Shown here in pieces: positions 29,622-39,183 of a stretch of DNA of 64,000 nucleotides. The DNA is taken from the NCBI GenBank assembly GCA_963691875.1, contig OY829846.1:1792001-1856000 (forward strand). The letters are read 5' to 3'. The stretch's first letter is position 1. Each line of letters begins with the position of its first letter. A program made the position numbers and the translations under genes. The notes beneath the pieces were generated by a model. The model made no database searches and was not told the DNA's origin. It saw only the letters and a program-made list of their open reading frames with translations. The stretch is from Aureliella sp. (GTDB lineage Bacteria; Planctomycetota; Planctomycetia; Pirellulales; Pirellulaceae).

Positions 29622-30272
29622 TTATTTGCGGCGACGTCGCACAGCTGCAACAGCTCCGACGAGCAATCCCCAAGTCGCAAAGCTGGTAGGCTCTGGAACC
29701 ACTCCACTTGAAGTCTCAAATTCGAGAACTGAAGCGCCATCGGCCGGGTTACCGGACCCAGTGAACCCAAAGACGAAATTACTAAATGACGAGGAAAAAC
29801 GGCCCCCTGTCGCAAACTGCCCACCCGCCGCGGCATTTAGCGCTGCAATACCTGCTGCATCGAATTCCACGGTAACGGTTGTGCCCTGATCCGCAGGCAT
29901 CACTAGTTTTGTTGCATAAGTGACCCCTGACCCGAAATCATTGAACGCTCCTAAACCTCCCGTCCCGTTAACAATGCTCGCAATTGAAGTGCTGACATCG
30001 AAAACAGTGTATAGGCCGTTTGCGCTGGAGGGACCACCGTTCGAAGGATTGAACAGCTTAAGACGAGCCGACGTGATTGTATCAGTGACCGAACTTAGGT
30101 CAAAGACGAAGAAGTTCCTATGGCCGTCACTGATACCAGCAAAATAATTGGCGTTGCTCGGGTTGTGGAATCCTGAGTTGTTATACCATCCACGCTCGGA
30201 TGACGTTAAGACTCCAGCTTGCAAACTGGACGCAAAGGAAATCAGGATAGCAAAACACAATATTCGTTTCAT
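29622..30272 (-). CDS. PEP-CTERM sorting-domain surface protein
   Basis: Signal MKRILCFAILISFASSLQA; C-terminus VPEPTSFATWGLLVGAVAAVRRRRK. Confidence 0.95.
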   Translation of the reverse strand: MKRILCFAILISFASSLQAGVLTSSERGWYNNSGFHNPSNANYFAGISDGHRNFFVFDLSSVTDTITSARLKLFNPSNGGPSSANGLYTVFDVSTSIASIVNGTGGLGAFNDFGSGVTYATKLVMPADQGTTVTVEFDAAGIAALNAAAGGQFATGGRFSSSFSNFVFGFTGSGNPADGASVLEFETSSGVVPEPTSFATWGLLVGAVAAVRRRRK

Positions 30273-30313
30273 TCTTCGAAAGCTCCCAGGGTGCGAAACG
30301 ATAAGACAGGGGC

Positions 30314-30628
30314 AGATCGGTACAACGTACCGATAAACCGCCCCACACCGGAAGATCTTACCGATCCAATGCAGTTTCGCAACGGATCTGCACAGGCGGG
30401 CATGAAATTCACTCAAGAAATCGGTACATAGTACCGAAAGGCCCGGTTCGCGTCGGAAACTTCTGCCGAACCAGTGACGTTTCGAAACGAACCTGCAGCG
30501 GTCGACACGGAATTCACAAGACAGATCGGTACGACGTACCGAGAGATCCTACCGCGTGGAGATACGTTTTACCGAACCAATGCAGTATCGCAACGAATCT
30601 GCACTAGGGGCCCGAAATTCACTAAAGA
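30314..30628. repeat. Three diverged tandem ~105-bp repeats, each with a TCGGTAC-N3-GTACCGA palindrome
   Basis: Palindromes start at 30317, 30421 and 30526. Each is followed by CCGA(A/T)CCA...TCG(C/A)AACG..(T/C)CTGCA and G(A/G)AATTCAC blocks at near-constant offsets. Confidence 0.9.
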
Positions 30629-30642
30629 CAGAGAAAGAGCTA

Positions 30643-31716
30643 CTAGAGCCGGAAGTCGCCATCTTTCAGAATGTACTTCTGCCCTGCCCAATCGTTCTGA
30701 GCATAGAAAACCAGACTCTTCGAGGTTATTGGAGTCATGAGTGCTTGATAAACGTGATAGTCAACCTGCTCTGATATCCCGATTGTAGAACCGTCTAGCA
30801 TGGAGACGTTTACGATTCCAGTGTGGTTGGACGAGGGGCGGCCGCATTCCCATCGATCACTTAGAATATCCGCTACCTTTTTCTGACCGTTCACCCGATT
30901 CATCCGCAGAACGTCTGGAATCGCTGTATCAGGGCCAAGTATTCCAGGAGCCTCACGATTAAGCCATACCACTCCGATGTTCCATTTCGCAGCTGGCGTA
31001 GGAATGGTACCAGTTGTTGGAAATCCCCATGAATTAACTTGGAGATTCTCCGTCAAACATATCGTCGCCGACAATCCATCCTTAATGCGGTCAGCGGTTA
31101 TCTTTCCATTGGGGTTAGCACCGTAAGTCGGGAGTGCACCCGTCGGCCCAGCATTAAGGAATCGGCGAAGGCGATTCACGAATACCGTATTCTCTACACC
31201 CTGAACGGCAATTTCTTGAGCCAACGGTAATCCGGTAAAATCCAAACCGGGATAATAACCAGCATTGCATCCATAGGAATTCTTTGCAAACTCCTCGCCG
31301 TCACCCGCTTCGCTTGGGCACAAAAATGTACTCACTTGCGGAAACATATTCGGTGAAAGTTCGGCCCCTAGTTCCCATTCTGAAAATGTGCCCGAATCAT
31401 CCCATCTATCTCGCAAAGGCTGTTGTTCTATCTCGGGCATGATGGCGACATGCCAGGAACCAATCTTGGCGAACGGCCCAGAAGCATTCGTAAACGAGCC
31501 AAACTCCTCCTGGTAGCCCGGGTACCGTTTCTTGCTAGTCTCAAAATTGGTTACGCCCATTCCAAGCTGGCGTACGTTGTTGCTGCACTGGATTCTTCGA
31601 GCGGCCTCACGAGCCATCTGAACCGCCGGTACTAGGAGGCCAACTAGTATTCCGATGATAGCGATCACCACTAACAATTCTACTAGCGTAAAGCCTAAGC
31701 GATGAGATCTACGCAT
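30643..31716 (-). CDS. DUF1559 prepilin-type N-terminal cleavage/methylation domain protein
   Basis: GFTLVELLVVIAIIGILVGLLVPAVQMAREAARRIQCSNN...; C-terminal H-x9-DG motif (SNHTGIVNVSMLDGS). Confidence 0.95.
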   Translation of the reverse strand: MRRSHRLGFTLVELLVVIAIIGILVGLLVPAVQMAREAARRIQCSNNVRQLGMGVTNFETSKKRYPGYQEEFGSFTNASGPFAKIGSWHVAIMPEIEQQPLRDRWDDSGTFSEWELGAELSPNMFPQVSTFLCPSEAGDGEEFAKNSYGCNAGYYPGLDFTGLPLAQEIAVQGVENTVFVNRLRRFLNAGPTGALPTYGANPNGKITADRIKDGLSATICLTENLQVNSWGFPTTGTIPTPAAKWNIGVVWLNREAPGILGPDTAIPDVLRMNRVNGQKKVADILSDRWECGRPSSNHTGIVNVSMLDGSTIGISEQVDYHVYQALMTPITSKSLVFYAQNDWAGQKYILKDGDFRL

Positions 31717-31988
31717 ATATGTCCCCTAGCGTATCCAAGAGAAGATGAAGAGAAATAACAGACTCCCCATTCGATATTCTCGCAGAACTAAGCTAGCTAG
31801 TCCAGTTAATCCCACAAGCCATCTATCGCTTCAGGCAATGTTTTCCTCAGTTCTTCATATTCAAGGGCACATGTTCTCCCCTTGTTTAAGCGGAGGCCTT
31901 TCAGCCCAGCTTCCCACATCAAACGTGGCATTTTGTCCGGTCTTCGAAAAGCCCTGAGTGTTGATCTTGAATTGTAACTACAGTAGGG

Positions 31989-32013
31989 AAACACTTGTTT
32001 AAAACAGGTGTTT
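31989..32013. promoter_or_regulatory. Putative TetR-family operator
   Basis: AAACACTTGTTT-A-AAACAGGTGTTT, two tandem palindromic 12-mers ~90 bp upstream of the TetR gene, abutting TAGTAT. Confidence 0.65.
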
Positions 32014-32104
32014 AGTATCGTGATGACTTGGGCAAGTTCGCCGCCAATACGAGTAATTCTGGTGAATCCCACCATTTAGAGAGTGTCGAAATTGAGTCAG
32101 ATTA

Positions 32105-32815
32105 GTGGAAACCGAAGAGCAATCACGCACGGAAAAGCTGATCGAAGTAGCGGGTGAAATCTTTGCTACGAAGGGCCGTAGTGCCACAGTTCGAGAGATC
32201 TGTAGCGCTGCAGGGGTTTCGGTTGCCGCGATCAACTACCACTTCGGCGATAAAAATCAGCTTTATGTCCAATGTGTGAGGACAGCTTGCGAAAGAAAGC
32301 AAAAGCTTTTCCCTTTGCCTGAGATGGACAAGGAACCTGTATCTCCAGAGGCAATCCTGCAAATCTTCCTGCGAACGATCACTCAGCGCTTGCTGGCAAA
32401 AGGCCTTCAGCCTTGGCACAACACCCTGCTACTGCGCGAGGTTTTGTCTCCAACGGATGGAGTTGCCGAAATGCTAAGCGAAGCCTTCCGTAAAGACTTT
32501 GGGCGTATGGATGCCGTTGTAGGTGCTCTCATAGGCGAGAGTCTCAACACACCAGAACGGCGCACCGAGCTGACAACTCAAATCATTGCTCGCTGCATGT
32601 TTCTTCGCACAGGCAAGAACATGCGAAGCATGGTTGGTCTGGACATGACTCAAAACGAAGAACCCGAGCAGTACGCGGATTCTATCTGTCAATCGGTATT
32701 GCTCCAGGTAAACGCCCTTCGTGCTGCTCATCAACAGGCTCCCCTGCCCTGCCCAGTGTCCGCGCGATTGCCTCAGAGTTCCACCGTAGAAAACTCCCAA
32801 ACAAACTTGAATTGA
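32105..32815 (+). CDS. TetR family regulator (CecR-like)
   Basis: HTH ATVREICSAAGVSVAAINYHFGDKNQLY; precedes RND genes. Confidence 0.9.
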   Translation: METEEQSRTEKLIEVAGEIFATKGRSATVREICSAAGVSVAAINYHFGDKNQLYVQCVRTACERKQKLFPLPEMDKEPVSPEAILQIFLRTITQRLLAKGLQPWHNTLLLREVLSPTDGVAEMLSEAFRKDFGRMDAVVGALIGESLNTPERRTELTTQIIARCMFLRTGKNMRSMVGLDMTQNEEPEQYADSICQSVLLQVNALRAAHQQAPLPCPVSARLPQSSTVENSQTNLN

Positions 32816-32816
32816 A

Positions 32817-34469
32817 ATGAAAAACCAGAAGTTTTGGTTCGGCTACGCAACACCGGCTTTGCTCATCTTTGCAGGAGTCGTACTTTCGATTTTCTTGCAA
32901 ATGCCTGAGCCCGAGAAGAGCCGTTTGGCGAACCCGAACAACGAAGGCGAACTTTTAGAGTATCTGCCTGCTGCGAAAGTCGAGCCAGTCCAGCTGCTCA
33001 ATGAGAATCTGGTAATCGAAGCCAACGGGACGGTTATACCGTACCGCGAGATCCAGTTGGGGGCTCAGGTTGCAGGGCGAGTCGTCGAGAAGAACCCGAT
33101 GGTTCGTAGCGGGAACTATGTGGAGAAAGATGATCTACTGTACCGTATCGACCCGCGAGACTTCGAGCTCGACGTGAAACGCCTAGAACAACGCATTGCA
33201 CAGGAAGAAGCCACGATAGCGGAAACGGAACTGGATATTCAGAATTCCGACAAGCTGATAGAAGTCGCACAAGAACAAATGGACTTGGCCAGCAAAGAAC
33301 TATCTCGCTTTGAAAATATCAAAGCTGGACTGACGAGCGGCTCGGAATTGGATGCCGCTCGTAGAGCACAACTGACTGCTCAAAATCAACTAGTCACTCT
33401 TAAGAACCAACGCTCGTCCAGCCAAAAACGCTTGGACAGAATGAAGCTGTCTGTTCAGTTGGTGGAGACTGAGCTGAAGCAAGCCAAGCTCAATTTGGAG
33501 CGAACCAATGTCATTTCGCCAGTCAGCGGTCGAGTCGTCGTGGAGCAAGTGGAAGCGGATTCGTTCGTTCAGCGGGGAACGCCGATGCTAACAATTGAAG
33601 ACACCGAAAAGGTAGAAGTTGCCTGTAACATCCGCATGGACCAACTTTCTTGGATTCTCGAGCAACCGAACACGAGCGCGGCTCAGCTTGTCTCAGACGC
33701 CCAGTCCTCGCGACTCGAGTTGCCAGAGACCGAAGTCGACATTTCCTTTGAGATCGGTGGACGAAACTCAGAGCGATACACCTGGCAAGGCAAATTAGAC
33801 CGCATTGATGGTGCGGGGCTGGATCCTCAAAGCCGCACGGTACCTATTCGAATCTTGGTAGAAAACCCGCGAAGTGCGAAACGAATAGACGGCTCGCAGG
33901 CAGACCTTAGCTCTCCGATGCTAGTGCGAGGCATGTTCGTTGACGTTCGCATCAAAGCCATGCCAACCACTCGCTTGCTGCTAGTACCCAAACTGGCTAT
34001 CAAACCAGCTAACAATGCGAGCGTCGTCTGGAAGTTCTCTGAAGATCGCTCGGTCATCCGTGAGTCCGATAAGGCGAAGGCTGCAATCAAAGCCTACGAG
34101 GAATCTGAATCGGCAGGCACGGTCGATGAGCTCTATGGCTCCAAGGGTGAAGACGAAGAGCAGGAAACCAAGAATTATCCAGAACCAGGCGATTGGGATG
34201 CAGGTCACCTGAGCGTCGTTGAAGGTGTTCGCATGGTCGCAGCGTACTGGGACGACAAGGACTACTGGGTCTGCGAAGTTAGCGCACAAGGTCTTGAGCC
34301 GGGCGACATGGTAATTGTGACTCCACTTCCGGGAGTAAAGGCTGACGGTTCGGACATGATTCGCATTGAGAAATCAGAAGGTGCGTCCGACGTAGCGGCG
34401 GCTAAAGAAACGGTGGCAGAGGACGAAGGCTCCAAGCCTATAAGTTCGTCGCAGCAGGAGCCTTCCTAG
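32817..34469 (+). CDS. RND efflux periplasmic adaptor (membrane fusion protein)
   Basis: N-terminal anchor, AQVAGRVV, coiled-coil hairpin, ISPVSGRV, LDPQSRT, GMFV. Confidence 0.9.
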   Translation: MKNQKFWFGYATPALLIFAGVVLSIFLQMPEPEKSRLANPNNEGELLEYLPAAKVEPVQLLNENLVIEANGTVIPYREIQLGAQVAGRVVEKNPMVRSGNYVEKDDLLYRIDPRDFELDVKRLEQRIAQEEATIAETELDIQNSDKLIEVAQEQMDLASKELSRFENIKAGLTSGSELDAARRAQLTAQNQLVTLKNQRSSSQKRLDRMKLSVQLVETELKQAKLNLERTNVISPVSGRVVVEQVEADSFVQRGTPMLTIEDTEKVEVACNIRMDQLSWILEQPNTSAAQLVSDAQSSRLELPETEVDISFEIGGRNSERYTWQGKLDRIDGAGLDPQSRTVPIRILVENPRSAKRIDGSQADLSSPMLVRGMFVDVRIKAMPTTRLLLVPKLAIKPANNASVVWKFSEDRSVIRESDKAKAAIKAYEESESAGTVDELYGSKGEDEEQETKNYPEPGDWDAGHLSVVEGVRMVAAYWDDKDYWVCEVSAQGLEPGDMVIVTPLPGVKADGSDMIRIEKSEGASDVAAAKETVAEDEGSKPISSSQQEPS

Positions 34470-34585
34470 GCCTGACGCGATCCTAGCGATTGTTGTCTTA
34501 TCATGCATCCACCGATGAGCCTTGACTGGCAATGAAGATTTCATCGTAACATCGAAATAAATCCCTAAGACGAAGTACTGAGAAG

Positions 34586-37500
34586 ATGAATCGTATCGTT
34601 CGCTGGGCGATCAACAACACTCCTGCCATCAATGTGATGATTGTCGCGCTTTTGGCGGCTGGCATGTTTAGTTTTTACTCGATGCGGCGGGAGGTGTTTC
34701 CCGAGTTCGAACTAGAAGTCATTCTGGTCTCAGTGCCTTATCCAGGTGCATCTCCTGCAGATTGCGAAAAAGGAGTTTGCCAGCCAGTCGAAGAAGCTGT
34801 TCGCGCGTTGGACGGCATCAAACGCTTGGTCAGCATTGCTCGTGAAGGCGGCGGATACGTGCTCATTGAGCTCGAATCAAATGTCGGCAATGTTCAGAAA
34901 GTGGTGAGTGATGTTCGCTCCCGAGTCGACCGAATATCCAACTTTCCCGATTCGGCGGAACGAGCAGAAGTCGAACAAATCACCTTCCGCGAATCTGCCA
35001 TCCGCCTGGCTATTCTCGGCCCCAAGTCGGACTCGCCAGAAGAAGAATTGAAGCTCCGAGAAGTTGCGGAAGAAGTGCGTTCTGAGCTGCTGGAACTCGA
35101 CACGATCTCCCAAGCCAATATCCAAGGCGCGAAACAGTACCAGGTCGACGTCGAGCTCTCTGAGAGCACGCTACGGAAGTACAACTTGACGCTTTCACGC
35201 GTCGCCCAGATTCTTAGACAGCGGAACATCGAGATTCCTGGCGGGCAGCTGAGAGCTGATGGTCAAGAGATTCTGTTGCGAGGAAAGAATCGTCGCGAGA
35301 TCGGAGAGGAGATCAAGGAACTGCCGATCATCACGCAATCCAACGGAGTCGTCCTTCGAGTCGAGGATATCGGCGAGGTCCAAGACTACTTCGATGACTC
35401 TTCCAACGTGAACGAAGTTAATGGCAACCCGGCTCTGGTAATCAGTATCGATCGCACGAGCGACGAAGACTTACTTCAGATCGCGGATGCAGTACACGAA
35501 TATGCAGACCAAAAGAGCAAAACTTTGACGGCCGGCTACACCTTGGATGTATGGGGTGATACGAGTATCGATGTACGTGATCGTATGCGCATGCTGCGTG
35601 ACAACGGAATCCAAGGACTGTTGTTCGTTTTCATACTGCTCGCGCTCTTTTTAGAATTCCGCTTGGCGTTCTGGGTTTCACTTGGCATTCCCATTTGTGT
35701 TTTGGGCGCCGGAATTATCTTGTTGGGAACCGGACAAACACTCAACATGCTAACCATGTTTGCCTTCCTGATGGCGCTTGGAATTGTTGTTGACGATGCG
35801 ATCGTCGTCGGTGAAAACATTTATTCGCACCGCAACATGGGTAAGAACTTTTACCAAGCCGCAGTCGATGGAACGCTGGAAGTGTTGCCCTCAGTGACCA
35901 CGGCGATTTTCACGACCATCGTCGCCTTTATGCCCTTTTTCTTCGTCGAAGGAGTGATGGGTAAGTTTATCGCAGTCATGCCAGTCGCGATCATCGCCAT
36001 GCTGGTAATTTCACTCTTGGAAGCCGGCACCGCTCTTCCTTGCCACCTTTCCGAAGGTGAAAAGGAGGAAGGCGAGGAAAAGTCCAATAACGTTTTCATG
36101 CGTTATATGAATAAAGCGAGTTCGGTCTGCGGCAGCGGAATGGATTACTTCGGCGACAAGGTCTACATGCCTTGCCTCAGATTTTTGCTGAAGTATCCGC
36201 TAATGGGTGTCGCTATCGGTATCTTTCTTTTACTAGGAACCTATTCGCTCTACAAAGTCGGGTTCGTCAAGATAGATCCGTTCCCGCAGACAGATAGTAA
36301 CCAAATCGTTGCCCAAGTAGCCTTTCCGGATGGAACGCCAGCAAGGGTCTCGGATGCAGCTACGAGAAAAATCGAGAAGGCTGCCCGACGAGTTAGCCAG
36401 GAAATCTACAACGAGGAAAACGGGATCCAAATGTCGTTGGAAGAGTTGGAGAAGACACTGGATTCGAGAACGCCTCAAGGGCCAGTCAAGCTGACGTTCC
36501 GTCAAGTCGGCGAGCTGACGCAGCAAGGCGCCATGGGCTCGACTGGAGGCGGAACGGGAAGTTCGGTTGGACAAGTCTTTGTGGAACTGAAAGATGCTTC
36601 CGGGAGAAGCTTGAGTAGCACCGAGATTATCAATCGTTGGCGTGCTGCTGCAGGCGAGATCGCTGGAGCCGAACGAGTCCTCTTCGACTCTACTTCCATC
36701 GGACCAGGTGGTAAGCCAATCGAGTTCAAGCTGCTTGCTCCTGGAGACGAGAGCGAAGAGCTATTTGCCGCGGTGGAAGCCGCCAAGAAGAAATTGAGTG
36801 GATTTGCTGGTGTTTATGACGTTCGCGATGACTCTACTCCTGGTAAGACCGAGTTTCAGATTCGTGTCAAAGAACGAGCCCAAGCAATGGGTCTCAGAGA
36901 GATGGACTTAGCAGACACGATTCGCAATAGCTACTATGGAGCTGAAGTCATGCGTCTGCAACGCGGCCGTCACGAAGTCAAGCTGATGGTTCGCTATCCA
37001 GAAGATGAGCGTACTTCACTGGCTCAGTTTAACGAAATTTTAGTTCGCGGCACCGACGGAATTGAACGTCCGATCACTGAGCTGGCGGACATCACGGTGA
37101 CGCAAGCTTACTCGGAAATCAACCGCTTGAACCAGCAACGTTCCATCACCATCACTGCGGATCTTGACAGCACAGAAGGAAATCAATTCAAGATTTCGCA
37201 AAGCTTGAAAGAACACTTTGCATCCGATGAATGGAATGAGGAATTCGCGAATGTTGCAGTGAATTGGGAAGGTCAATCACAACAAACATCCGAGTCGCTC
37301 AACAGCTTGGCCGTCGGTTGTGCCGCAGCCATGATCATCATGTATCTGTTGCTGGTCGTGGAATTCCGTTCTTATGTGCAACCGTTGCTCATCATGGCAA
37401 TCATCCCTTTTGGTGCGATTGGTGCGGCGTGGGGACATTTGCTCATGGGACTGGAAATCACCCTATTTAGTTTCTTCGGTTTGGTGGCGTTGACTGGGAT

Positions 37501-37876
37501 TGTCGTCAACGATTCGATCGTACTGGTGGACTTTATTAATGCAAGAGTTCGCAGTGGTATGAATCCTCAAGAAGCATTGCTGCAAGCTGGGCGTCGTCGC
37601 TTGAGGCCAGTATTCCTGACCAGTTTGACGACGATTGGTGGGCTCATTCCGATGTTGCTGGAAACATCCTTCCAAGCGCAATTCTTAATTCCCATGGCGG
37701 CCAGTATCGCCTTCGGCTTGGCTCTCTCGACTCTTTTGGTGCTCTTCCAAGTTCCAGTGTTCTTTCGGCTCTATCTGTCCGCCTGCCAATCCTTCGGCTT
37801 TGACATCACGAAGACGCATGGCCAGCATGAGCACACGGAGCAACCCAAAGGCAACAGCGAGCTGGCACATGCTTAG
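34586..37876 (+). CDS. RND efflux permease (AcrB family)
   Basis: GIVVDDAIVVGEN, GIVVNDSIVLVD, RLRPVFLTSLTT; 1096 aa. Confidence 0.95.
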   Translation: MNRIVRWAINNTPAINVMIVALLAAGMFSFYSMRREVFPEFELEVILVSVPYPGASPADCEKGVCQPVEEAVRALDGIKRLVSIAREGGGYVLIELESNVGNVQKVVSDVRSRVDRISNFPDSAERAEVEQITFRESAIRLAILGPKSDSPEEELKLREVAEEVRSELLELDTISQANIQGAKQYQVDVELSESTLRKYNLTLSRVAQILRQRNIEIPGGQLRADGQEILLRGKNRREIGEEIKELPIITQSNGVVLRVEDIGEVQDYFDDSSNVNEVNGNPALVISIDRTSDEDLLQIADAVHEYADQKSKTLTAGYTLDVWGDTSIDVRDRMRMLRDNGIQGLLFVFILLALFLEFRLAFWVSLGIPICVLGAGIILLGTGQTLNMLTMFAFLMALGIVVDDAIVVGENIYSHRNMGKNFYQAAVDGTLEVLPSVTTAIFTTIVAFMPFFFVEGVMGKFIAVMPVAIIAMLVISLLEAGTALPCHLSEGEKEEGEEKSNNVFMRYMNKASSVCGSGMDYFGDKVYMPCLRFLLKYPLMGVAIGIFLLLGTYSLYKVGFVKIDPFPQTDSNQIVAQVAFPDGTPARVSDAATRKIEKAARRVSQEIYNEENGIQMSLEELEKTLDSRTPQGPVKLTFRQVGELTQQGAMGSTGGGTGSSVGQVFVELKDASGRSLSSTEIINRWRAAAGEIAGAERVLFDSTSIGPGGKPIEFKLLAPGDESEELFAAVEAAKKKLSGFAGVYDVRDDSTPGKTEFQIRVKERAQAMGLREMDLADTIRNSYYGAEVMRLQRGRHEVKLMVRYPEDERTSLAQFNEILVRGTDGIERPITELADITVTQAYSEINRLNQQRSITITADLDSTEGNQFKISQSLKEHFASDEWNEEFANVAVNWEGQSQQTSESLNSLAVGCAAAMIIMYLLLVVEFRSYVQPLLIMAIIPFGAIGAAWGHLLMGLEITLFSFFGLVALTGIVVNDSIVLVDFINARVRSGMNPQEALLQAGRRRLRPVFLTSLTTIGGLIPMLLETSFQAQFLIPMAASIAFGLALSTLLVLFQVPVFFRLYLSACQSFGFDITKTHGQHEHTEQPKGNSELAHA

Positions 37877-38000
37877 CCAATGGGATTGATGGTGTATTTC
37901 ACCCGACACTTAAGCGAGAAACGTCCCTCTGTATCCTCGCTCAACCGTCAGGTTGTGACCGGTCTTACAATTCAGGCTCCAGACGCGATTTTGCAAGTCG

Positions 38001-39017
38001 TCAGGTAACACACTGACAATCCGTTTCTGGCAATGGATCCAGCCGCTGCAGAAGATTGGCTTTTTCTAGTCGCTGTTTTCGCAGGTTGCGGCAAACGGAA
38101 CATCCCCCTTGGATTTGCTCCCAGTCCCAAAGATCCACAGTTAGCACAAAACCGCAGTCCGGCAGCAAGCGTCGCTTCATCACCTCTTCCAGTGCGGAAA
38201 GCGCAGGTGCACAGAAATACCCATTAGACTCGAGATACTCCAAACTGCCATTGCCACCGCGAAGCGGGATCACGCTAATATGGCGAACTCCGCAGCTAGC
38301 GGCAAAATCGATTGACTCACAACTCCAATGCACGCCCTCTTCCTCTGTCATTCCAGGCGGCCGGAGCAAGACAAAACTTCGTGCATCAATTTGGCGTTCC
38401 TGTAGCCAATCGCAAGCGAGGGCAAAGTCTTCGACCTGCATGGATTTGTTGAGCAGCTGGAGTGTTTGCGGGTGAACTGATTCGAGTCCCATCGCCAACT
38501 CCAACTTTGTCTCGCCGAGAGAGTCTCGAAACTGCTCGATTTGAGGGCGAAGAATAGTTGGATGGTTTTCTACCACGACGCGATCAAATCCGACGAGCTT
38601 CGTTGCAATAGCTGGAAGATCTTCATCGGGAACGTTGGCTGGACTGAAGAAGTTACTAGCGTTGTAGAGCTTGACCCAACGCGGTGTAGGCTCTTGGGCC
38701 TCCCCTTCACGCCAATTTCCTTCAGCATCCTCTAAGCCCTGCTGCACTTGAGCAGGAATGCTCCCAGATGGAGTCTTGCCCGGATACGTGTACTTCCACA
38801 GGTCGCACATTAAACATCGGAAGCGGCATTCGCTACCGCGCAAAAACAGAGTTAAGACCTCGGCAACACCGCCACCGGCCGACTCCGCTTCTTGTTCGAA
38901 CTGATGCCCGAGTGTCTCGTTCAAAACTCCCGGTCGGTCATAGGTTGGCCTGAGTGAAACGATCTGCTCACTTGTCAAAATGGGCGGCAGCTTGGGATCG
39001 TGCATCTTGTCCGGCAA
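38001..39017 (-). CDS. Radical SAM protein, RaSEA (archaeosine lyase)-like
   Basis: LTLFLRGSECRFRCLMCD (CX3CX2C), VKLYNASNFF, LELAMGLES, FVLLRPP, C-terminal CSVC. Confidence 0.8.
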   Translation of the reverse strand: MPDKMHDPKLPPILTSEQIVSLRPTYDRPGVLNETLGHQFEQEAESAGGGVAEVLTLFLRGSECRFRCLMCDLWKYTYPGKTPSGSIPAQVQQGLEDAEGNWREGEAQEPTPRWVKLYNASNFFSPANVPDEDLPAIATKLVGFDRVVVENHPTILRPQIEQFRDSLGETKLELAMGLESVHPQTLQLLNKSMQVEDFALACDWLQERQIDARSFVLLRPPGMTEEEGVHWSCESIDFAASCGVRHISVIPLRGGNGSLEYLESNGYFCAPALSALEEVMKRRLLPDCGFVLTVDLWDWEQIQGGCSVCRNLRKQRLEKANLLQRLDPLPETDCQCVT

Positions 39018-39183
39018 TGAGGTGACCGAGGGCAGGTAGCATGCCAGGCTGCGAACAGAATCAGCACGCGTTATGATGAAAGTTTAAGAAAACGGAGCAT
39101 TTCACGCCAGCGCTTTCTGTGAGGGCCGCGAGATGCCCGACTGAGTTCTTTAATTCTACATTGCAACTTATCGAATCGGACAA

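Noticed and set aside
30314..30628. Calling the 105-bp array a CRISPR array
   Set aside because: Units are too long, the would-be spacers are homologous to each other, there are only three copies and no cas genes are present.
30273..30774. ORFs over the array (30219-30431, 30474-30740, 30556-30774) and the N-terminal extension of the PEP-CTERM ORF
   Set aside because: Similar peptides recur in different frames because of non-triplet indels; the real signal peptide starts at 30272.
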